DNA from: the human T2T-CHM13v2.0 reference genome, Homo sapiens
Assembly: GCF_009914755.1 (NCBI RefSeq)
Contig: NC_060938.1
Reading direction: 5' to 3' (one strand)
Length of the DNA stretch: 64,000 nucleotides
Made by a program: the position numbers and the translations under genes. Numbering within the stretch: position 1 is the first letter of the stretch; every line of letters starts with the position of its first letter. Positions 12,464 through 23,102 of this stretch are shown here, piece by piece. The notes under the pieces were generated by a model. It did no database searches and was not told the origin of the DNA. It worked only from the letters and a program-made list of their open reading frames with translations.

Positions 12464-13228
12464 ATAGAGATATGCAAATTATCTATTTCATATTATCTAT
12501 CAAATAATCTGTTTGTGGTTTTCAAACAAGTAATCCATTTCACCAAGGTCTCAAACTGATGTGTGTAGAGTTGGTCACAGTAATTCTTTATTATCCTCCC
12601 ACTGTCTGAGGGATCTGTAGTGATATCCCCTGTTTCATTCCTGATATTGATAACTTGTATCTTCACTTTTTTTATTTCTTCAATCTTTGTAGAGGGTTGT
12701 AATTTTCATTGATATTTTCAAATAACCAGTTCTTTGTTTCAGTTATTTGTTTCAGTTCTTTGACTTATTTTTCTCTTTAAATTTCATTTGTTTCTGTTCT
12801 TATCTTTGCTATTGCCATCTGTTTTGATTACTTTGGGTTTCCAATGCTTTTCTTTTTCTTTTTTTCCAATGCTTTTCTTTTTCAAAGCATTGGAATGTTC
12901 TAGATATAATGTTAGATATAATGTTCTAGGTTCTTGAGGTGGGACGTCTAAAATTGTTTCAACACAACTGTATGTTTAAGAGTTGTCATAATAAAATGTT
13001 GGGGTAAAAAAGACTCAACTCAAGCATTAGTATCTTTCCTGAAATGTCTTTCCTGACCTTCACTCCCATTTCTACTCTAGTATAAGAGTTTCTATTTTCT
13101 CCTCCCTTGAGCTCCTGTAACGCCTTGCACATATTTTGACTATTGTATTTTAGTTATCTAATTGAATTTGCCTTTTCCATTAAACTTCAAGCTTCTCAAG
13201 GGTATGAACTATGAAAATTACCTTGGTA

Positions 13229-13405
13229 CAGATGCTCCTTGACTTGTGATGGGGTTACATCCTGACAAACCTATGGTAAGTTGAAAATACCATAAGTTTG
13301 AAATTCATTTAATATACCTAACCTAGTGAACATGAGAGCTTAGCCTAGTCTACGTTAAATGTGCTCAAACACTTACATTAGCCTACAGTTGGGCAAAATC
13401 ATCTA
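13229..13405 (+). mobile_element. MER47A (Tigger-derived) partial
   Basis: ta|cagatgctccttgacttgtgatggggttacatcc...cacttacattagcctacagttgggcaaaatcatcta. Confidence 0.88.
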
Positions 13406-13439
13406 TCTATATATATATTGAAGGGTAATGTTTAGAAAT

Positions 13440-13835
13440 ATATTCCAAAATACAAAATTTTTCTTAACAGCCCTAAACTGGAAACAATCTAAGTGTTCAT
13501 TAATGATAGAATGAATAAATTATAGTAAAATGCAACAGCAATAATAAATCTCACAAACATAAGTTGATTGAAAGAAATCAAATACACAAAATAATATATA
13601 ATGTGTGATTCACTTTATATGAATCTTAAAGATGGGCAGAACTAACTGATGTTAGAAATCTGCATAGTGGTTACCTTCGGGAAAGAAGGAGTTCATGATT
13701 GGACGTGGCATAAAGGAATTTCTGGGGTTCCTAACTTGGCTGTATTTGAGTTGTGATAATTCGTCAGACAGAATACTATGATTTTATGTAAATATTACAT
13801 GTAATTTCTGTATGTACATTATATAATTGAAAAGC
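13440..13835 (+). mobile_element. L1ME 3' UTR fragment
   Basis: aacagccctaaactggaaacaatctaagtgttcattaatgatagaatgaataaatt...atagtggttaccttcggg. Confidence 0.75.
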
Positions 13836-14380
13836 TGTTTTTTAAAATTGATAAAACCTTCAAGAGAACTTGGCATTCATTGTTTATGAGGAAGACTTCA
13901 AGACCCTTCTACCAATAATTGATAGATAGACCAAGTGGAAAAACATGTTGAGGATACAGAAGATTTGGACAATAAAATTAATAACTGTACTCAATAACTG
14001 GAGAAGACAAGAAATGCTTATAAAATTTAACGAGATATAATGTCTTAACATTCTATCTGTACCTTAAATCCTTTCCCTTCTCTGGGGTTCAGGCTTTTGG
14101 TTTATAAAGGCCAGATAATCACAGTTTGCTTCGTTTTTATCCTGTAACATATTCTCTAAATCAATGAACTCAAAGTAAGTTGCTTGAACTGTGGAACAGA
14201 CAATGAGAACTCCAGATAGAAAACAGTTAGAAGCTAATATCTCAAAATATTTCTTAAACCCTTATCTTATACCAAGCACTGTGTTAGCTTGTAGAGATAC
14301 AGAGATACATGATACAGGATTTCTGCCTTTGAGAAATTAACAGTGTAGTAGAGGAGACTGATATGTAAAATTATGATATC

Positions 14381-14578
14381 CATTGGTGTACTGGAAATGA
14401 CATAAGGGCTCATGAGAACCAACTGTTAAACATTTGGGATTTTTTTGCCAGCCAGTTGTTAAGCCATTGATAGCTTCAAATCGGTTATGGTGGATGTGTT
14501 TATACCATGGAAATTGACAAATGCTACAAATCTGGGCTTCCCATCCCCCTAGGGAGCTTGTTTACTAGCACACTACTG
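14381..14578 (+). mobile_element. MER63A-like hAT element inside an L2 fragment
   Basis: cattggtgtactgga...tagcttcaaatcggttatggtgg...atgctacaaatctgggct...tttactagcacactactg. Confidence 0.8.
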
Positions 14579-16521
14579 ATTATATCATAAAACAACCTGA
14601 TAATTGTTTTGCAGTGCAAAATGAACCATGTGTTATGGGAACACAGAGAATGTATCAATGAAGGAGGAGGAGACAGTTCTATTCCTCTAGTGGAAACCTA
14701 TCCCACTAGATAGGCTCAATTTGACTTGTCTGAAAATAAGTGAACAGAAGTTGGTCAGAATTATAAAAGTTGCTGTGATATTTCAATTAGAGGGGGTTGG
14801 ATATGAAAATTCTGGAGATACAAAAGAGTCATGTGTCAGGGACTGGGCTGCAGCATATGCTTGTTTAGGTTGTGCACTACACAGAAGCATCATATCTAAT
14901 GAGTTTTAATTCATATCTATTTTATTTTTCATCTTGCATATTTTCACTATAACTGTGTTTAATCCAGAGATGGGTGATTTGTATATTTATGGCAATTTTC
15001 TGGAATTTATTATAGCAAATAAATGAAACAATCTCGTTTCTATAGAGTTGGTTTTGATTGCCCTGTTTTGACTTAAAAAGGTAATGCGAATTCAATACAG
15101 GTTGCATTGATCTATTGTAACCTGTGTTTCTAAAACAGGAGCTTTTTTCTCACTAGTAGGGGGGCATAGCTTTACATTAAAAAAATTGCCTGATTGTTTA
15201 TTCTGGATAATTCTAATGCTTAATTTTGCAGTTAATATCATCTAACATTACTCCACCAGAAGGTTTGCTGAGTTCCCAGTTTAAACCTACAAGCACTTTC
15301 ACTAAGAAATGACTCACATGTAATCTTATTCAATAACTAATATTTATTTAATAATAATACATTTGTTGTAACAAAATCCAATAGCAGTAACAATTTAATT
15401 TGTTGTTAAAAAGAAAAAAAGGGGGGAATCTAGAGTGGATATATGATATGTGATGTAATTGCTGAGAGAACCATCCAATGACTTTATGTGGGTACATGAG
15501 GGTATGGAATTCATTGTGTGGGGCTTTACTCATACACAATCTTTAGAAAATTTATACTTAATATATACCCATTTAGATACATTTTTATTAGCAACTTTAT
15601 GAATGTCATCTGAACAGGTCCCAGTTGATGACTTCCACTATTTGCATAACTTATTATTGCCAAATTATTAATTGGTAATGGTTTAGGGAGACTGAAATAA
15701 ACTGGCAATATTTAATTTTATTTCCAGAAATGTAGTGATGTATAAACAAGACAAATTTCTCAGAGCCATAGTTCTGAATGATGGCTGTGGGATACAATCC
15801 CCCATGACCTGCCCCCTTATACTTATGGCTGTAATAAATGAGAAAATTCCCACAAAGGTGCTGCATGGGTAAGCAGCACCTGGCCAGGGAAAATAGGACT
15901 GTAAGGTACCAGTGGTCAGGGAGCGGGAATGGGGAGGCGGGCTGAAGAACTTCCATCTTATGTGCTAGTTTCTTGAAAGTTAAAATAGAATATTTTCTAT
16001 TCAGTCATTCATTTATTTCTTAATTCTTAGTTGCCTATTATAGATGAACTAAATTCTGTAGAAAATATATGGAGCACATAATAGGGAAATGAGTAACATA
16101 GGATTGAATTAATGAGTACACAAAAACTTACTTAAAAACACTCTAACCCTTACAATCACAAGGGCTCTGGAAAATGCTCTTGTGGTTAGTACACAGTAAG
16201 TATCCAAACACAACAAGTAATACAAAATGATGTGAATTTATTGTCTAGAGGGCCTATATGAAATAAGGATGTTAAAATTACATTAAAAATAACTTCTGTT
16301 TTTATGTACCTTTTTAAGAAAAATTTTAATTGACTGTTTTATTTATGGTAGAATCACTTTGTTCTTCATTTTAAAAGTGAGAAACTATAGGCCCAAAGAA
16401 ATGTATTGGAATATCTAAGGTCATATAGCTTGTGACAGCAGAAATCCATCTTAATTTCTTGGTGGTTGTCATACTTGCAGTGATTCCTGCAGATGTGGGT
16501 ATTTTCCTTTTCATAATATAG

Positions 16522-16552
16522 AGTGAATTTGTCTGGGGGTCATCTATTAAAG
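16522..16552 (+). other. Candidate micro-exon (31 nt; alternative acceptors at 16480 and 16492)
   Basis: tattttccttttcataatatag| and consensus donor aag|gtgagt. Confidence 0.3.
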
Positions 16553-17579
16553 GTGAGTGTAGTCAGCAAGTGGAGGGAATCTTGCCACCTGGTTGGAGGC
16601 CTAGAAGAGTTTGCGGAATGAAAAGGAGAATTCCCCCCAAATTACCGGGATATCATGCCTATGCTTTTGAAGACTGTTGAATATTGTGATGGTCAGTAAA
16701 CTTTTGACTGGGCTAGGACAGGTAATACATTTGCCAAGTGATAATAGGGATAGATACAAAGATTACTTAAATGCCTAAACAACTATATCTATGTGATTTT
16801 TGTGTCCCAAATTTACCTTTAAAATCTGTACAGTTGAATTAAAAACTGTTGTACTGTTACTGAGAACATTGCTATGTGTTTGCATTGTGGTAAAGTAGCC
16901 ATTTATTCCACTTTTGGGGGGATATTTATTTTAATTCTTACACAGTTCTTGGAAGTAGTGTTTTGACTCATTGCCACCTGGTTTCCCAAAGAATAAAATA
17001 TCTGATTGGTTGTTTTGGATAGCTATAACTGCTAAGCTCTTTTAGCTGATTAAGGAATTTTCTCATGTGGTAACATTCCTATCTTTTGGGATGTTACATA
17101 CCCTGCTTAAGGGCAAGAAGCATTTGGTTGTACTTTTGCATGTAAAAGCATAAGGGCTGTGATGCATGAACAGTGTTACCTGTAGGTGGCTGAACTGAGA
17201 TGAGCTTGGGACTCCAAGGAAGCCTGGGATACACGGTCAATACTTATATCAATCCACACTTAAAGAGAGCCACACAAAAGCAACTTGATTTCAGATTGTC
17301 GTACCAAGACTCTAGGGGCAAAAGTTTCCTGTGAGTCAGAAAAAGAAAAAAAAAATCACAGGAAGTCAAAAGATTTGGACTACTGATTCTTTGTATCTAG
17401 GTAATCAGAATTCAAAGTCAGGATTTCACAGAAAATCCTGTGTCTAGTCTGTGCAATTAACCAAGGTGGCCCTATATTGGCTGTGGGTGAGTGGTACAAT
17501 TGGATGAAACTTTCCTCCTCCTCCCTCACAAAAAGGCTCTGTCCCTTGTCCTTTGTCAGCTTTTAAGACACAACTTATC

Positions 17580-18087
17580 CCTCACAAAAAAGAACATATT
17601 CTATGATTTTTATTTGTGCAAACTTCTAAAACAGGACAAAACTAATATTTGGTGAAGAAAAAACAGTGGCTGTCTCAGGGTAAGGATTGACAAAAGTGGA
17701 GTGAGGGATCTTGCTGAAGTGATGGTAACTTTCTATATCTTGACAGGAATTTGGTTACACAGTTGTGCATGTATTTGTCAAGGCTCAGCAAATGTTACAG
17801 TTTGTGTGTTATGTTGTATATACATTTTATATTTAAAAAGCTGTTAGACACAAATATTGAACTCTGGTTAATGATATACATGCTGAAACATTTAGGAAAA
17901 GTGTAGTGATGAAATTTACTTTGAGACTCATCAAAGATAACATGATTTGATATATACATAGAGGATGGATAGATATGAAAAAGCAAGTATAGTGAAATGT
18001 TAATGGTAGAACATTCAACATTGCTAAACTTTTACAACTTTACTATATGTCTGAAATTTTTTGCAATAAAATATTTGGGGAGAAAAG
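17580..18087 (+). mobile_element. L1ME1/2-like 3' end
   Basis: aacttctaaaacaggacaaaactaat...gtgatggtaactttctatatcttgacagg...aaatgttaatggtagaa...aataaaatatttggggagaaaa. Confidence 0.82.
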
Positions 18088-18358
18088 ACTCAACTCAGGC
18101 ATTAGTTCCCTCAGTATGTCTTTCCTGACCCTCACCTCTATCTTTACTCTAGGAAAATGTGGGTTATTTCCTTTCTTTGAGTGCCCTGTAATGCCTAGCA
18201 CTTAATTTCATTGCATTTTAGTTATCTGATTGCATCTGTCTCCTCTATCAAACTGTGGACATCTTGAGGATAGGGACTATGCAATTTACTTTTGTATCTG
18301 AAGCACTTGTGTAGGCACATAGTAAGAGCTCAATAAATAAAGTATTTGAATAAGTGAT
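18088..18358 (+). mobile_element. L2 3' end
   Basis: actcaactcaggcatt...tttcctgacc...gcacatagtaagagctcaataaata...tgaataagtga. Confidence 0.75.
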
Positions 18359-19546
18359 TATAAACATCACATTTTTTCCTGATCGCAGAGGATAGAGAGC
18401 CGGCCAGTACAAGAACAAGTAAAGACAGATATCATGAACCATAGAAATCACTGATAAAGTAGAAATATAAGAAATATAATATAGCATGCAGTAATTATGG
18501 CTTGCTCCACAGAAAGATGGAAGAAGGAAGAAAAATGTTGAGGGACCTGTTGAGAAAGCAGTAGTGGATGACAATTTGAGGACATGCTATTAGATGGAAT
18601 AGGAAATCGCAAAACCCAGGATTGTCTCTATGAACAATGGGAAAATGTAAAAACAATTTACAGAGGTGAGGAACATGGCCTGAGAACAAGGCACAACTAT
18701 ACTGAAGCCTAAAAGGCACCTTGCAGGACAGTGAGTGACATTTTTCCCCCTTCTACATTTGTCTGCAAGATTTTTCATTTGCCTGCACTGATAAGTGGAA
18801 TTAGAGGCTGTATGATTTGTTTAATGATCCAGAGAAAGACCCAGTGTAACAGTCTCGTTAGAGCTTCACTGAAGCATTAAGCAAGTGCCAATGTTAAGGT
18901 CTTTTTAGTTTAGTCTATGAGCACTGATTACTGAAACAAAGTTGAGACTGTGTGAGCAAAGCGAAACGAGGAATTGAATAATCAATCAACCAAACTCCAG
19001 GTAACTGGTCATTCCACGCAATTTACACACACAACAACCGTACATATGATTCTTCCTCAAGAGCATATTTTTATAATTAGCTCAATGCTCCCTGATATTC
19101 ATTCTTTGAGTATCCAAATAGTGCCTACTGCTCTTCAACCTTATAGGTAGCTTTATTCATGTATCACTAGTGAAAACTACCAATCATTAGCTACAAGTGA
19201 ATTGCCTCATTTATACTATCTGTTACAGTGGCACAGCTATAATTTTCCTATATCACTGATCTTTATTTAGTAATCTACCTTATTCAAATATTCAGTAACC
19301 TAAAACCAACTAAACAATTTTGCTTATAATTCCAAAATATTATCAAAATTGTGAGTTGCACATCCTAAGTGATGTTTGGTGTCCAAATATTGATACAAAC
19401 AACATTGTGCCTGTTGTTTCAGGTTTCTTTATGTTTGGTTTTAAATATACTTTATCAATTAGTTTGACCACAGTTTCAAATAATAATTATATTTTTGGAT
19501 TAATGGGGAACTCTGCATTTTAGGGTTAACCTCTTGTTTCTTTCAG

Positions 19547-19951
19547 TTTCCAGAAACTGTTTTCTTCAGTTTCTCAGAGACTGAGATCTCAGTCTCTCTG
19601 TATGATTGTGTGTATGTTAACAGAGTCAGAAACAATGGAGTTCACCTATTTCAAAGTCCTAATCAATATAAAATCCTCCTACAGCATTTTTGTCAACAGA
19701 ACTATTTCTGCCAACTTTGTTTTTCTAAGTAGCAGAAGTATATGATTCAGGGTTACTGGAATTGTATGATAGAGTCTTACCTGGAGCTGAAGAGTTGTAT
19801 TCCTAGAAAGCTTTTTGAAAAATGCAGCCTTTCCTGGATGAAAGCTGAGTGACAAAATGACTCCCAGAACTCTCTTTTGTTATGACCACGATCAACCGGA
19901 GAGTGAAACATCTATCTTACCTATCAGGCGGCTAAACAAAGCAACAATTGA
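19547..19951 (+). pseudogene. Candidate decayed coding exon M (central TTL-domain-like motifs)
   Basis: Acceptor ggttaacctcttgtttctttcag|. One frame reads FPETVFF...RNNGVHLFQSPNQY...CQLCFSK*QKYMIQGY...IESYLELKSCIPRKLFEKCSLSWMKAE*...IYLTYQA, with 1 stop in the first 101 codons. No clear donor found. Confidence 0.4.
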
Positions 19952-20281
19952 AGGCTTAAGAAAAGAGGCAGCTAAACTGTTGGATTAATTATACTTTCTG
20001 TACTTGCTTGGGGGGCGGTGATGGGGTGGGGGAAGATTTCTTCCCTGCTTACCTAAATAGACATGGGCTAAGATTCTATTTTAGCTGGCTATAATGTACT
20101 TACTTGGAAATAACTTCCTAACATATGACTCCCCTTTCCCCACTATTAATCGTTCATCACAGAAACAATGAGGCCATGGCAGAGATCATTTCCTTCTCTG
20201 TCAGTGGTTGACTGGGTGGGTCTAATCAGGAGTTTGGAACCAGGGTGAGGAGAACCTGACTCAATTTCTTTGAGAGACTAA

Positions 20282-20581
20282 TTTTTTTTTTCTTTTTTTG
20301 AGACAGGGTCTCGCTTTGTTGCCCAAGTTGGAGTGCAGCGGCGCACTCTCAGCTCACTGCAGCCTCGACCGACTGGGCTCAAGTAGTCCTCTCACTTCCG
20401 CTTCCTGAGTAGCTGGGACCATAGGCATGCACCACCATGCCCAGCTAATTTTTGCATTTTTAGTAGAGATGAGGTTTCACCATGTTCCCCAGGATGGTCT
20501 CGAACTCCTGGGCTCAAAAGATCCACCCACCTCGACCTCCCAAAGTGCTAGGATTACAGGCGTGAGCCACCGTGCCTGGCC
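20282..20581 (-). mobile_element. AluJ
   Basis: gagacagggtctcgc...ctcactgcagcctcgacc...ctcctgggctcaa...gagccaccgtgcctggcc. Confidence 0.95.
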
Positions 20582-20702
20582 AACTATTCTTAAAATATGT
20601 AGGCTCAAAGCCTCTGGTGGGCATAATCTTCCTTTACATGGAGCAGAGATGTAGAGACAGCTATTACACAGAAATGAGAGTAAAGCGAATGTGTGGAAAT
20701 TA

Positions 20703-20781
20703 TCAGGTTGGTGTAAGCGTAAGTGCAGTTTTTGCATTACTTTTAATGGCAAGAACTGCACTCACATTTGCAGCAAGCTAA
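20703..20781. mobile_element. MADE1 (Hsmar1-derived palindromic MITE)
   Basis: ta|tcaggttggtgtaagcgtaagtgcagtttttgcattacttttaatggcaagaactgcactcacatttgcagcaagctaa|ta; about 80 bp with TA duplications. Confidence 0.9.
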
Positions 20782-20999
20782 TAGAAAACGAGGTGAAAAG
20801 AAAAGGGGTCTGAGTGAGAAATAATTCTGGACAGCATCCCGTGCTCTAGTTCTGGTACCTCTCAAGGCCATACTGCACTTCTGACCTTTGATTCTTGAAA
20901 CAGTGCTTTATGCTTAAGCTAGCTGGCTTTTTTTTTGTTGTTGTTGTTGTTACTGGCAACCCAGAGAGTCCACAGTAGATTAGTTCAACATGCAACCTA

Positions 21000-22150
21000 A
21001 GAATTTACTTAAATTTCTGAACGACTTACGAGAGATACCAAAGAGATAAAAAGATAAAATTTTGCTTTGGATTAACTTAAAATCTTATTGGGAAAACAAG
21101 GCTTATGTTTATGACAAAACTCTGCACAACAATGCAGCATATTCCATAATGAGTATTTTGGGACATAATTATGTGCAGTAGAAAATGGAGAAATCTGTGT
21201 GGGCTCTAGCAGTGAAGGAAGAGATTGGAGGAATAATCTTTTATGTTAAACCTTGAATGATGAGTAGCATTTAGTTAAATAAAAAGTGAAGTGTGTTCTA
21301 GATTAAGAGATAAAGTAGCCAAGAATGACAGTAGTATTTGCAAGACTATAACTAAAGATGAAATTTGAGATGAAAGATGAGATTGGGTTGGGAGGGTGGA
21401 GTCAGATGACGGAGAGGCTTGAATTCCAAAATGAGGGATTATTTGCACTTTCTGTAATCAAGTAAAAGAGGAGTTGCAGACACTTGAGTAGTAGTGTAAA
21501 GTGACCAAATCTGTGTTTAAAAAGTTGAATCTCGCTGTGGTATGTTGTATAGTTTAGAGGCAAGTGTACTAATTTGGAAGATAGTTTATTTCTTACAGTT
21601 ATTAGAGTGAGGTGAAAAATAGGACATGTGGAAGGAAAAACATAGTAACTTGAATCAGTGCTTCTCAAAATTACTGTATGCAAGAGTCACCTGAGGATCT
21701 TCTCAAAATGCAAACTTTTATTCAGTAGTTCCAGACTGAGGCCTGAAAATCTGAATTTCTAACCATCTCCTAGCTAATACCTATGCTGCTAGTCTGTGGA
21801 TCGCACTGTGAGGGGCCAAGATTTGAAAATGATGATCTAATCTGGTGTGATGAAGGAAAGTAAAAGAGTCAAGGATGACCCCAAGGTTTCTAGTGTGCTA
21901 CAGTTGACAGAAGAGAGAGAAAAAGGGAACTGGAAACATCTATTGAGTGACTACTGTTTGTTATTTTCTTTTATCCTGAGGCTCCATCTTACAAATAAAT
22001 TCATTCATTCACCTAACACTTATTTCCTGAGTACCCACTAAGTGCCAGGCATTATTGTAAACCCTGTGGATTCAGTAATGAATAAAACAACTTAATAAGA
22101 AAACTCTGCTCACGATTTAAGGGGGAAGATAAATAAAATAATTAAAATAT
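21000..22150 (-). mobile_element. L2 fragments
   Basis: gagtcaaggatgaccccaaggtttctag; attcattcattcacctaacacttatttcctgagtacccactaagtgccaggc. Confidence 0.7.
21656..21820. mobile_element. MER5 (hAT-Charlie) MITE
   Basis: cagtgcttctcaaa...tcacctgaggatctt...aaaatgca...ttcagtag...atttctaac...tgctgctagtctgtggatcgcactgtgag. Confidence 0.85.
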
Positions 22151-23102
22151 GTAGTATTAAAATTGGGAAAACCAAGTAAATAATCTTAAGTAACGTAGAT
22201 ATAACTTTGGCTGAGTCTCAGTCATACCAGTCACAGTGAACAACTTCTGCATAACACAGATATGACAGATTTACAAGACAGTCAAAATATATGTTGAAAC
22301 TAAAACATTTTTAAATCCTTTGAAAGGATTTTACTGAGTTAATAAAATATTGCTGAAAGGTCTAGATATTTTAGATGTGTTTCACTTGAACATATTTTTA
22401 ATGAAAGCATGTACAAGAATGTGTAATGGAATATTTTGCAGCTTTTACAGTCATTCATCTCAGAACAAACATCTGTCTTGCTATTCAGTTGATGTATGGG
22501 CTAAGAGCTTATTTCCTATTTATAAGAGGCCTGCCTATACATTCCTCTTTGTTTCTTACCATAGATCACACAGAGGCATTTCTTTCCAAATCCACTGTAG
22601 AAATGTATTTCTATAGTAAATTGTAGGAAACACTATGGGATTAATTATTCAAAGAAAACAAAGAAACAGATTAAGAAATTTATGCTTGTATGTATATATC
22701 TATCTACATTTGTACTCCCACCATCTATGAATCTGTAAAAAAAGAATAAATAAAATGTAAACGGAAGCCTATTAAACAATAATTGCTATAAAACAATAGT
22801 TTCTCATCTTCAAAAATTTATATTTAAAAATTGCTAAATGTATCTTTGTTCACTAAGCACTTTAATTAACATCTATAACATGGTGATTATATTATTCAAC
22901 ATTTAAATGCTTAATTTGCAATCTGGAATTGCAGGCATTCCCTGATAAAGATATATTTTCATTTGTTGCATTTGTATTTTTAGTAGAAGGCAAAAATAAG
23001 AAGATACTTATATGGTAATATGATACTAGATCTGTAAACAAAAGTTTTAGTCACTCTTTTCCACGGCACTTGAGATTTAAAACACGGTAACAGTATTTTT
23101 AT

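Larger units (their letters stand above)
10311..12945 (-). mobile_element. Old L1M ORF2 fragment, split by MLT2 and MER4 LTR insertions
   Basis: Antisense ORF2 text (ctgctggatactatttgctaatatt; tttggcagaattctccagcgaaatcatatggg; ctgtagtgatatcccctgtttcattcctgatattg) resumes after each LTR. Confidence 0.8.

Noticed and set aside
15855-15945. 9-bp inverted repeat aggtgctgc/gcagcacct and a GC box
   Set aside because: Too short; no CpG island or other promoter evidence.
16430-16552. TTL-like reading (IHLNFLVVVILAVIP; YRVNLSGGHLLK)
   Set aside because: Partly overlaps a MIR fragment, needs frameshifts and duplicates motifs better placed in exon M.
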